Source: an uncultured Acidobacteriota bacterium
GTDB lineage: Bacteria > Acidobacteriota > Vicinamibacteria > Fen-336
DNA length: 64,000 bases
Direction: 5' to 3'
Assembly: GCA_963818355.1 (NCBI GenBank)
Contig: CAWFSB010000029.1
Coordinates: 23,213-87,212 of the forward strand
In this document: positions 55,764 to 64,000 of the stretch, in pieces
Numbering within the stretch: the first letter of the stretch is position 1
How the letters are laid out: every line of letters begins with the position of its first letter
The notes under the pieces: generated by a model
What the model saw: the letters and a program-made list of their open reading frames with translations, nothing else
Database searches by the model: none
What the model was told of the DNA's origin: nothing
Made by a program: the position numbers and the translations under genes

Positions 55764-55820
55764 CCTGTCATTCCGAGGAGCTTCGTCTCGCCGGGCGACG
55801 AGGAATCCGCAATCTCAGCG
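55764..55820. repeat. Intergenic repeat element, single unit.
   Basis: CCTGTCATTCCGAGGAGCTTCGTCTCGCCGGGCGACGAGGAATCCGCAATCTC with an internal CTCGTC-N9-GACGAG hairpin. It lies between the GH2 pseudogene end and the convergent GyrI-like gene. Confidence 0.55.
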
Positions 55821-55873
55821 CTCGTAAGCCTGCGCCCCATGGCCCTTCGCGACTTGCCCGGACCGGTGCCGCT

Positions 55874-56413
55874 CTACTTCGTGACGGGCAGCCGCAGCTC
55901 GACCTCGCCGGCCGCCGACATGTCTCCCTTGAACACCTGCATCGCCGGCATGGCGGGCGTGTAGCCGTTCGTCATCGCCCACTGGACCAGGTTTCCCCAC
56001 GCCGTCCCGAGCTCCTCCATCGGTCCCTTGTGCACGTGCACGGCGGCCAGCGTCGCCGGCAGGTCCTTGACCTCGAACGGCGCCTCCGCCGTCACCCCCG
56101 CCGCGACCGGGAAGGCGATCTCCCACACGAGGTTCGCCTCGCCCACGGACGGGTCGCTGTAGTAGCAGCCGATGGGCGGGCCCGAGGGCGTCACGCCGCG
56201 GCCGGCGAGGTAGCCGCCGAGACGCGCGAACGCGTCCGGGTGCTGCATGTACGAGCCCTTCATCGGCAACGCCACGACGTGCACGGCCTCGAGCTTCGCG
56301 ACCTGGGTGTCGGCGGCCGGCGGTGCCGGGGGCGCCTGCTGCGCCGGAGCGCTCGACGCGAGGGCGAGCCCCGCGAGCAGGACGAGGACGCCGGTCGAAC
56401 GGGACGAGAGCAT
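55874..56413 (-). CDS. Secreted GyrI-like small-molecule-binding domain protein.
   Basis: RBS GGAGGA. Signal peptide MLSSRSTGVLVLLAGLALASSAPAQQ. GyrI-like/AraC-effector fold motifs follow (GSYMQHPDAFARLGGYL...AAVHVHKGPMEELGTAWGNLVQWAMTNGY). It is intact. Confidence 0.65.
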   Translation of the reverse strand: MLSSRSTGVLVLLAGLALASSAPAQQAPPAPPAADTQVAKLEAVHVVALPMKGSYMQHPDAFARLGGYLAGRGVTPSGPPIGCYYSDPSVGEANLVWEIAFPVAAGVTAEAPFEVKDLPATLAAVHVHKGPMEELGTAWGNLVQWAMTNGYTPAMPAMQVFKGDMSAAGEVELRLPVTK

Positions 56414-56595
56414 GGATCCTCCAATCGTGGGCCCCTCGACACGAAGGGCCCTGCTGGTACCTACGCCAGCATACGCCCGCAGTTCCGGCGCCCTCCCCCG
56501 CTGGCCGGCGCCCACCGGCCCCTCACCGAATAGACGCGTCGTGTTTGCCCCCGGTCGGCCATGAGCGACAGAATGGACGGGTCACGGAGGAGCAC

Positions 56596-58927
56596 ATGGC
56601 GAAACGCAGCCTGCAGCCGATCACCCCTGGAATCGCCGGACGACGCCGCGCCCTGCTGGCCCTCGTCGCCCTGGCCCTCGCCACCGCCGCGGGATTCGCG
56701 CCGGGCCCGCTCGGCCGTGTCGCCGCGCAAGCGCCGGCCCACTCCCGGACCGCCCGCCCTACCTCGACCCCGCCCGCCCGATCGACGCGCGCGTCGAGGA
56801 CCTGCTGGCCCGCCTCACGCTCGAGGAGAAGGTCGGCCTCGTCCACGCCAACGGCAAGTTCCGCGCCGGCGGCGTCGAGCGGCTCGGCGTGCCCCACCTG
56901 TGGACCGCCGACGGGCCGCAGGGCGTGCGCGAGGAGGTGGGCGTCGACTCGTGGGAGCCGGCCGGCTGGACGAGCGACTTCGCGACCGCGATGCCCGTCG
57001 GCATGGCCCTCGCGTCGACCTGGGACACCGAGCTGGCCGAGGCCTACGGCCGCGTCGGTCGGCGACGAGGCCCGCGCGCGCGGCAAGCACGTGATCCTCG
57101 GCCCCGCGCCTCAACATCCAGAGAACGCCGCTGTGCGGCCGCAACTACGACTACTTCGGCGAGGACCCGTGGCTCGCCGGCCGCATCACCGTGGGCTACG
57201 TGAAGGGCATGCAGGCCGAGCAGACGATCGCCTGCATCAAGCACTACGCCGCTCAACAACCAGGAGCAGGACCGCGGCACGATCGACGTGCAGGTGGACG
57301 AGCGGCCGCTGCGGGAGATCTACCTGCCGGCGTTCGAGGCGGGCGTGCGCGAGGGCGGGGCGCTCGCGGTGATGGGCGCCTACAACAAGCTCCGCGGCCA
57401 GCACGCCGGCCACCACGACTACCTGCTCAACCAGGTGCTCAAGCGCGAGTGGGGCTTCACGGGCGCCGTCATCTCCGACTGGGGCGGCACCCACGACACG
57501 CGCGAGGCCGTCGCTGAACGGCCTCGACCTCGAGATGGGCACCGGCAAGCCCTACGACCAGTACTTCCTGGCCGGCCCCTTCCTGGCCGGGCTGAAGGAC
57601 GGCACCTTCCCGGTCTCGGTGCTCGACGACAAGGTGCGCCGCAACCTGCGCATGCTGATCGCGTCGGGCGGGCTCGACGGCCGCCGCCCGGGCACGATCA
57701 ACACGAAGGCGCACCAGGACGTGGCCCTCCGCGTCGCGCGGGACGGCGATCGTCCTGCTCAAGAACGAGCCCTCCGTGCTGCCGCTCGACCTCGCGAAGC
57801 TGAAGACGATCGCGGTGATCGGCGACAACGCCGTGCGCCGCTTCGCCGCGGGCGGCAACGCGGCCGGCGTGAAGGCCTTCCACGAGATCACGGCGCTCGA
57901 CGGCATCCTGGCGCGGGTGGGCGGCCGGGCCGACGTCGTCTTCTCGCAGGGCTACCGGCAGCCCGCGCGCCGGCGCGGCTCGGCCAGCGCGACGTCGGCC
58001 GGCGTGCGCACGAGCGAGCTGACCGCGGCGTCCCCGGAGGAGGCGAAGGAGCTGGCCGACCGCGCCGTCGAGACCGCGCGCCGCGCCGACGCGGTCGTCT
58101 TCGTCGGCGGCCTCACGCACCAGTCGTTCGCCGACGACGAGGGCGTCGACCGCCGCGACCTCTCGCTGCCCGCGCACCAGGACGAGCTCATCGCGCGCCT
58201 CGTCGAGGCGAACCCGCGCACGGCCGTGGTGCTGATCGCCGGCTCCCCGGTCGACATGACCGCGTGGCTCGCGAAGACGCCGGCCGTGCTGCAGGCCTGG
58301 TACGGCGGCTCGGAGGCCGGCCACGCGCTCGCCTCGGTCGTCTTCGGCGACGTCAGCCCGTCGGGCAAGCTGCCCTGCACCTTCCCGAAGGCGCTCGCCG
58401 ACTCCCCCGCCCACGCCGCGGGCCTCGCCCGCCAGTTCCCCGGCGAGGGCGGCAAGGTCTGGTACGACGAGGGCCTCCTGGTCGGCTACCGCTGGAACGA
58501 CGCGAAGGCGATCGAGCCGCTCTTCCCGTTCGGCCACGGCCTCAGCTACACGCGCTTCCAGTACGCGGCCCTGCAGCCGAAGCTGACGGCGGCCGCCGAC
58601 GGCCCGAGCGCCACGCTCGAGCTCCAGGTCACGAACACCGGCGAGCGCGAGGGCGCCGAGGTCGTCCAGGCGTACGTGCGGCCGGTGAAGCCCCCGGTCA
58701 CGCGGCCCGAGAAGGAGCTGAAGGCCTTCGCGAAGGTCCTGCTGAAGCCGGGCGAGACGAAGACCGTCACCCTCGCCCTCGGCCCCCGCGCCTTCGCGTA
58801 CTACGACCCCGAGGCGAAGGCCTGGCGCGTCGCGAAGGGCCGCTACGAGCTGCTCGTCGGCGCCAGCTCGCGCGACATCCGGCTCACCGGCAGCGTGGAG
58901 GTGGCGCAGGCCGCGCTGCTGAAGTGA
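56596..58927 (+). pseudogene. Secreted glycoside hydrolase family 3 (BglX-like beta-glucosidase), at least 6 frameshifts.
   Basis: RBS GGAGG. Signal peptide MAKRSLQPITPGIAGRRRALLALVALALATAAG. GH3 motifs (LTLEEKVGLVHANGKF, KHVILGPA, GFTGAVISDWGG nucleophile region, C-terminal FPFGHGLSYTRFQY and a fibronectin-like domain) are recovered only by switching frames near 56745, 57060, 57100, 57250, 57510 and 57740. Confidence 0.55.
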
Positions 58928-58940
58928 GGCCGCGCGCGGT

Positions 58941-61100
58941 TCACGGCTCGCGCAGGCCGTGTCGGAGCCGGGCCGTCTCGGTCGTGTCCAGCGGCTCGCC
59001 GCCGAACCGCGCCCGGTAGTAGGCCTCGACGACATCGAGACCCGCCGTCGCCATCCCGGGCGGAACGGGCCCGCCCGGTGCGCCTTCAACGGCGAGCGAA
59101 CGCGCGTGCTCGAGGAGGCCACGGGTCGGGGGCCGAGGGCGACCGAGGGCCCTCCAGTGGCGCTCGACCTCCCGCACGAGAGCCCGAAGCTCGCCGGACA
59201 CGGCGGGGCTCGTGTCGAGCGCCGCCGCGCGATGCCGATGGCGGCGCGAGCGCCAGGACCGAACGAGCCGAGGCCCGAGGGCGAGGCCGAGGGCCACCAG
59301 CCAGAAGGCGGGCTCGCGCACCGCGCGGGCCGCCACGCGTGAGAGCTCGCGAGCGACCTGCCGCAGGAGCGAGACCGGGCCGCGCACCGTCAACCGAGCC
59401 CAGCCGACGGAGAGCGCCGCGCGGACGCGCTGGACGAACCGCTGGAAGGAGTCGGAGCGTGCGTGCGCCTCGGCGAACGAACCGGGCGGCGTCGGGTCGG
59501 CCTCCACCCAGCCCTCGCCGGGGATCCACGCCTCCACCCAGGCGTGGGCGTCGCTGTCCCGCACCACGTGGAGCCCACCCCCCTGGTCCGTCTGCGGTCC
59601 CACGCTCAGGCCCTTGACGAAGCGGGCCGGCACTCCCTGGAGGCGAAGGAGGACGACGGCCGCGCTCGCGAAGTACTCGCAGTAGCCGGCCTTCTTCTCG
59701 AACAGGAACTCGGCGAGGGGGTCTCGGGTGAGGAAGGCACCGGGGCGGAGGGTGTAGCGGTAGCCTCCCTGCAAGTGAGCGACGGTGGCCGCGAGCCGCT
59801 CACGCGCGTCGGCGCCGGGTGCGAGGCCCTGGGCCAACGCCCGCAACCTCGGATCGACGACGGCGGGCAGCGCGAGACCCTCGCCGCGGTCCTCGTCGGA
59901 CAGCGAGGGCCCGGACGGCGCGACGCCGGCCAGCCGCGCGCCGTAGAGAGAGACCGGCACGCCGGCGGGGCGCCGGATGCTCCCGAATCGATCGACCTCC
60001 AGGAAGGGCGCGTCGACGGTTACGGCGCTGACACGGTGCGGCAGCAGGAGGGGCCAGCGTCCCACGTCCTGCTGGTTGACGAGGATCTCGACCGCGGTCC
60101 GCCCCTCGTCTGCGTCCTCCGTCGCGCCGGCGGTGGCCGCGGGAAACCACGCGCCAGTATCGGCGAGGAGCGAGCCCACACGAGCCGGCGTTACGCCGGG
60201 TTGCAGAATGCCCGCCGACCCGGGCCCGAGGGCCCTGGCCGGGCGCGCCGCGTTCCGCCACTGGCGCCCGTCGAAGTCGGTGAAGACCTCCGAGCGCAGG
60301 AGCCACGGGCCGGCCTGCGGGTCGGACGCTCGCAGGTCGAGGACGCGCCGGCGCGACACCGCCAGCTCCGCGAACTCCCCGAGGGTCGACTCGCCCGACA
60401 GGCCCGACGCGCCCTGGTCGAGGGCCTCGGCCAGAGCCCGCTCGATCTTCGGCTGGAGGAGCGGCAAACCCACGATGCCGGTCGCGGCCAGAAGAGCCGC
60501 AAGGCCGCCGACGAGGGCGAGCGCGAGCACGTCGCGCCCGCGCCAGCGGGGTCCGGACTCGGCGAGCGCTGCGGCCCACAGCGCTCCGAGAACCACGAGC
60601 GCGAGGACGAGGTACGGCTCGGAGAAGGCGTTGTGATCCCCGCCCCTCAGGAAGGGCAGCGCCGACGGGCCGTAGCCGGCGGGAGCGGGGTTGAGGCCGG
60701 CGAGCCCAAGGATGGAGATCACGGTGGGCAGGAGCGTGCGTCCGGCCGCGAACGCCCGCGGGGCAAGCGCGAAGACGGCCGCCATCGGGACGAGGAAGGG
60801 CGCGGCCATCATCGGCACGAACGTGGGCTCGAGGACGAGGACACCGAGCGCGCGACTGAGCCAGGCCACGCCGGCGATCACCAGCAGCGTCACGCCCAGC
60901 ACGCGGGGCAGCGCGCGCGCGAGCCTGGGCGGAACCGACGTCCACTCGGCAAACGGTATCGCTAGAACGACGGCCGCCAGGAGGGCCAGGACGAGGAAGA
61001 ACGAGGGCACCTCGCGCAAGGCGAGCGCGAGGGCGGCGATCGCGGCGCACAGGGCCACCGAGTGGGCCACGCGCACGCGGGTCGGCCGCGCGCGCTTCAC
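58941..61100 (-). CDS. Transglutaminase-like membrane protein (TgpA-type: N-terminal polytopic DUF3488 region plus transglutaminase core).
   Basis: The GTG start overlaps the DUF58 stop (GTGA). About 6 TM helices. The core is KAGYCEYFASAAVVLLRLQGVPARFVKG...DAHAWVEAWIPGEGWVEADPTP, carrying the Cys-His-Asp triad. It is intact. Confidence 0.8.
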   Translation of the reverse strand: MKRARPTRVRVAHSVALCAAIAALALALREVPSFFLVLALLAAVVLAIPFAEWTSVPPRLARALPRVLGVTLLVIAGVAWLSRALGVLVLEPTFVPMMAAPFLVPMAAVFALAPRAFAAGRTLLPTVISILGLAGLNPAPAGYGPSALPFLRGGDHNAFSEPYLVLALVVLGALWAAALAESGPRWRGRDVLALALVGGLAALLAATGIVGLPLLQPKIERALAEALDQGASGLSGESTLGEFAELAVSRRRVLDLRASDPQAGPWLLRSEVFTDFDGRQWRNAARPARALGPGSAGILQPGVTPARVGSLLADTGAWFPAATAGATEDADEGRTAVEILVNQQDVGRWPLLLPHRVSAVTVDAPFLEVDRFGSIRRPAGVPVSLYGARLAGVAPSGPSLSDEDRGEGLALPAVVDPRLRALAQGLAPGADARERLAATVAHLQGGYRYTLRPGAFLTRDPLAEFLFEKKAGYCEYFASAAVVLLRLQGVPARFVKGLSVGPQTDQGGGLHVVRDSDAHAWVEAWIPGEGWVEADPTPPGSFAEAHARSDSFQRFVQRVRAALSVGWARLTVRGPVSLLRQVARELSRVAARAVREPAFWLVALGLALGPRLVRSWRSRRHRHRAAALDTSPAVSGELRALVREVERHWRALGRPRPPTRGLLEHARSLAVEGAPGGPVPPGMATAGLDVVEAYYRARFGGEPLDTTETARLRHGLREP

Positions 61101-62371
61101 GCGTCCTCCTCCGCCGCGAGGCGCGCCTCGACCTGGGCGGGAGTGAGGCGCTCGATCTCGCCCAGCTCGCCGGAGACGGACGCCCAGGGCTTCCGGGTGT
61201 CGCCCTCGTGGACGAGGAGAACCCGCACCGCGACCCCCATCCCCCGCACCCGGCGCAGGAAGGCCTCGCGCGCCTCGTCCCACTCGAGCATCACCGCGAT
61301 CACGGTGGTCAGGCCCTCGAGACGCTCGAAGAGAGCCGGCCCGATCGACTCGAAGGGCGGGGCCGGCGAGGGCTCCAGGCAGGCCAGCACGTCGAGGACG
61401 TTGTCGAGGTACCCCAGGCTCCGACCCGTGCTCACCTCGTAGAGGTCGGGCCCGGCCGCGAGGATGTCGACCACCTCCTCGCTCCGGCTGAAGTGCTCGG
61501 CCACGGAGGCCAGCGTCGAGATCGCCGCCTCGAAGCGCGCGCGCTCGCGCGGGCGCGGCCGCTTGCCGAGGAAGGTGTCGAGGACGAGGGCGATCCGCGA
61601 GAAGTACTCCTCCTGGTACTCCCTGACGACGGGCCGGCCCAGGCGGGCCCAGGACCGCCAGTCGATCTTGCGCAGGGGGTCGCCGTCGCGGTACTCGCGG
61701 GTCCCCACGAACTCGAGCGAGTCGCCGACCACCGACGCGAGGGGGATGCCGCCGGGCTGGTAGCGGCGGCCCATCGGCAGGGGCAGCGCGTCGAGCGTGT
61801 GGTAGCGCGGGTAGGCGAGGACCACCTGCTCCGGCAGCCAGACGGCCTTCGTCCGAACAAGGCCGAAGAGGTCGGTCCGGGCGACGCCGACACCGGGCAG
61901 GACGTAGCGGCCGCGCCGCCGCGGGTGGAGGTCGATCCGCATGCGTGCGGGGCGGCTCTCCTCGACCTCGAAGGTACGCTCGGACGGCCCTACGGAGAGC
62001 AGGGACGCGTCGGGAAGCGGCCCGGCCCAGACGAGCGAGAGAGGGCCCGTCGCACGGCCGTCACGCGAGACCACGTCCAGGGAGGCCGTCACCGCGCGCC
62101 CCGCGGTCAGGCGCGACGGCAGCCGGCCCTCGAGTCGCACCGCCGGACGGCCGGCGACGAACCGGCCGAGGGCCACCAGGAGAGGCGGCGCGGCGAGCGC
62201 AAAGAGGATGAAGACCAGCGATCGCCGGGTGTCCATTCCCACCAGGGCCACGCCCACCGTGGCCCACAGGACGAAGCGCCCGCGCTCCGTCAGCCGCCGG
62301 CGGTAGAAAGCCCGCAAGCCGCGCAGGAGATACGACCTGTCGAGCGGCCGGGTGAGGAGGTCCGTGGCCAT
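61097..62371 (-). CDS. DUF58 domain protein (vWA-like, MoxR partner).
   Basis: LVRTKAVWLPEQVVLAYPRYHTLD...GDSLEFVGTREYRDGDPLRKIDWRSWARLGRPVVREYQEE is the DUF58 signature. Two N-terminal TM helices. It is intact. Confidence 0.8.
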   Translation of the reverse strand: MATDLLTRPLDRSYLLRGLRAFYRRRLTERGRFVLWATVGVALVGMDTRRSLVFILFALAAPPLLVALGRFVAGRPAVRLEGRLPSRLTAGRAVTASLDVVSRDGRATGPLSLVWAGPLPDASLLSVGPSERTFEVEESRPARMRIDLHPRRRGRYVLPGVGVARTDLFGLVRTKAVWLPEQVVLAYPRYHTLDALPLPMGRRYQPGGIPLASVVGDSLEFVGTREYRDGDPLRKIDWRSWARLGRPVVREYQEEYFSRIALVLDTFLGKRPRPRERARFEAAISTLASVAEHFSRSEEVVDILAAGPDLYEVSTGRSLGYLDNVLDVLACLEPSPAPPFESIGPALFERLEGLTTVIAVMLEWDEAREAFLRRVRGMGVAVRVLLVHEGDTRKPWASVSGELGEIERLTPAQVEARLAAEEDA

Positions 62372-62397
62372 GTCCGTGCGCTCTGCCGCCCGGCGCC

Positions 62398-63336
62398 TCA
62401 GGCCGGCACGGGCACGGCCTCGAGGATCTCGCGCACGACGTTCTCCCTCGAAACGCCGGTGTAGCGCGCCTTCGTCTCGAGGCCGAGGCGGTGTGCGAGG
62501 ACGGGCACGGCCTGCGCCTTCACGTCTTCCGGCACCGCGAACGAGCGTCCCTCGAGGATCGCGCGGGCCTGGGTGGAGCGGAAGAGCATCAGGCTGCCGC
62601 GGGGAGAGCAGCCCAGACGCACCGACGGGTGCCGCCGCGTGGCCTCGGCCAGCGCCACGACGTACCGGCCCAGCGAGCGATCGACGCGGACCTGACGGAC
62701 CTCCGCCTGGAGGGCGATCACGTCGTCGCCCGAGAGCACGGATTCGACGGCGTCGAGGGGGTGGCGCTCCGCCTGCGCGAAGAGCACGTCCACCTCCTGC
62801 TCCCCCGCCGGGTACCCGAGCTCGATGCGGACGCCGAAGCGGTCGAGCTGGGCCTCGGGCAACGGGTACGTCCCGTGGAACTCCACGGGGTTCTGCGTCG
62901 CGAGGACCATGAAGGGGGACGGGAGGGGCCGCGTGACGCCGTCGGTCGAGACCTGCTGCTCGCTCATCGCCTCGAGGAGCGCCGACTGCGTCCTCGGTGA
63001 GGCCCGGTTGATCTCGTCCGCCAGAAGCACCTTCGCGAAGATCGGGCCTTCCTTGAAGCTGAAGCTCCCGTCGCGGGGACTGAAGACGGAGGAGCCCAGG
63101 ATGTCGGCGGGGAGCAGGTCGGGCGTGAACTGCACCCGTCGGAAGGTGCCCGAGAAGCAACGGGCGAGCGCCTTGGCGAGTGTCGTCTTCCCGACGCCAG
63201 GCACGTCCTCCAGGAGGAGGTGGTGGCCGGCGAGGAGGGCCACGAGGACGTGGTCGAGGGCCTCGCCCTTTCCCAGGATGACGCGGGCCAGCTGGCTCTT
63301 CGCGGCCCGGAGCTTGTCGGCGGTCGGTGTGGTCAT
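62398..63336 (-). CDS. MoxR-family AAA+ ATPase.
   Basis: GHHLLLEDVPGVGKTTLAKALARCF (Walker A), VLLADEINRASPRTQSALLEAM (Walker B/sensor) and ATQNPVEFHGTYPLPEAQLDRF are present. It is intact. Confidence 0.9.
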   Translation of the reverse strand: MTTPTADKLRAAKSQLARVILGKGEALDHVLVALLAGHHLLLEDVPGVGKTTLAKALARCFSGTFRRVQFTPDLLPADILGSSVFSPRDGSFSFKEGPIFAKVLLADEINRASPRTQSALLEAMSEQQVSTDGVTRPLPSPFMVLATQNPVEFHGTYPLPEAQLDRFGVRIELGYPAGEQEVDVLFAQAERHPLDAVESVLSGDDVIALQAEVRQVRVDRSLGRYVVALAEATRRHPSVRLGCSPRGSLMLFRSTQARAILEGRSFAVPEDVKAQAVPVLAHRLGLETKARYTGVSRENVVREILEAVPVPA

Positions 63337-64000
63337 GGCCTCTCGGTTTCGTAGATGAGGTCGACGAGCGCGAGGCGCGAGGCGGCGCGCTCGATGTCGG
63401 CGGGGGAAGCAGCGGCCAGGTCGAGGTCGGCGGGAGCCACGACGAGGCGGAGCCGGCTGGTGCCGGGAAGGCTCGAGGCGGCGTGGCTCAGCCGCTGGAC
63501 GACGGCCGTGGCCGGCGGCGACGCGACGAGAAGCGCGGGCGCTTCCCCCGGGGCCGGCCAGGCCTGGGCGACCCGGCCGTCGGGCCGCACCTCCAGCAGG
63601 ACCACGCGCGCGGGCGCCTTCACCGTCAGGCGGACCGCGAGGAGTTCGCCGGGCCCCACCCGCGGCGGCGTGCCGGCCGTGTAGCCCTCGAGCGCGAGCT
63701 CTGCCGAAGTGCCTGGGCCGCTCGCGGGCAGCGCGGCGAGACGATCGAGGTGGGATTGCGGGAGCGGAAGCGCTGCCGGGCGCGTGGCGGCCGGAAGGTC
63801 GCGCGCCGGGCGCGTCGCCATGTACGTCTGCTGCGCCACCACGGCGACGACCACCGCCGCCGCGACGGTCAGGAGATCGGCGACGGTGGCGGGCCGGCTG
63901 AGCCAGGCGCGGAATCGCTCCCAGCGTCCGGCTGCTCGAGCTGGGCCAGCACGTGCTGGCGGGCCTCGGGGTCGGCCAGCAGCTCGCGCAGGCCTTCCTC
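63333..64000 (-). CDS. Hypothetical membrane-anchored protein, first gene of the MoxR operon. It is open to the window edge, so it is 5'-partial or has an unresolved upstream frame.
   Basis: The frame is continuous from the window end: ...WERFRAWLSRPATVADLLTVAAAVVVAVVAQQTY (TM helix) then ...GYTAGTPPRVGPGELLAVRLTVKAPARVVLLEVRPDGRVAQAWPAP...LALVDLIYETERP*. Its stop overlaps the MoxR start. A second frame, ...EEGLRELLADPEARQHVLAQLEQPDAG, is also protein-like, so a frameshift is possible. Confidence 0.35.
   Translation of the reverse strand, partial: GRPARAAGRPRGPPARAGPARAAGRWERFRAWLSRPATVADLLTVAAAVVVAVVAQQTYMATRPARDLPAATRPAALPLPQSHLDRLAALPASGPGTSAELALEGYTAGTPPRVGPGELLAVRLTVKAPARVVLLEVRPDGRVAQAWPAPGEAPALLVASPPATAVVQRLSHAASSLPGTSRLRLVVAPADLDLAAASPADIERAASRLALVDLIYETERP

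Overview
This is a 64 kb stretch of a roughly 70% GC bacterial chromosome. Intergenic spacers are very short, so many start coordinates are translational couplings (ATGA/GTGA overlaps). The first ~43 kb is conserved housekeeping territory, almost all on the + strand:
- the tail of a lolCE-like permease gene, then lolD and clpC;
- an outer-membrane/lipid A cluster: bamA, skp, an in-frame fabZ-lpxA fusion, lpxI and a Gfo/Idh/MocA oxidoreductase, with no lpxD or lpxB;
- a TonB-family protein, a SpoIID/LytB protein, a DUF4388 protein and miaA;
- a classic fatty-acid/phospholipid operon (yceD, rpmF, plsX, fabD, fabG, acpP, fabF, no fabH) followed by etfB, etfA and an EtfD-like membrane Fe-S oxidoreductase;
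- a histone-deacetylase-family protein, then leuS, lptE, holA in conserved synteny, rpsT, murJ, xerD, metK and a PHP-domain protein;
- a single-ORF lptF-lptG, thrB and thrC, and a response-regulator / hybrid GAF histidine-kinase pair.
Many of these essential genes carry a single frameshift each, at homopolymer runs. This looks like indel-type sequencing error, at roughly one per 3-4 kb.
From about 43.0 kb the character changes. An AT-rich spacer is followed by an orphan Arg-rich ORF and a VapBC-type toxin-antitoxin pair with a palindromic operator. After that comes a run of secreted or periplasmic catabolic genes that are broken far more densely: a PQQ beta-propeller, a VOC/glyoxalase with a histone-like tail, a TolB-like propeller, a YcaQ-like protein, a nitroreductase-family protein with an in-frame amber codon, an amidohydrolase, and GH2 and GH3 glycosidases. 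Intact small genes are interleaved with them: an HslJ/META lipoprotein, a truncated Hda/DnaA-like AAA+ protein and a GyrI-like protein. That pattern suggests real gene decay in an accessory region. The window ends in an intact MoxR - DUF58 - TgpA operon.
I also found a previously unannotated repeat family with four copies, all at gene 3' ends; it resembles REP/MITE elements. Two near-consensus sigma-70 promoters (TTGACA/TTGACC ... TAGAAT) sit upstream of the DUF4388 gene and of yceD-rpmF-plsX. No rRNA, tRNA or CRISPR array was seen.
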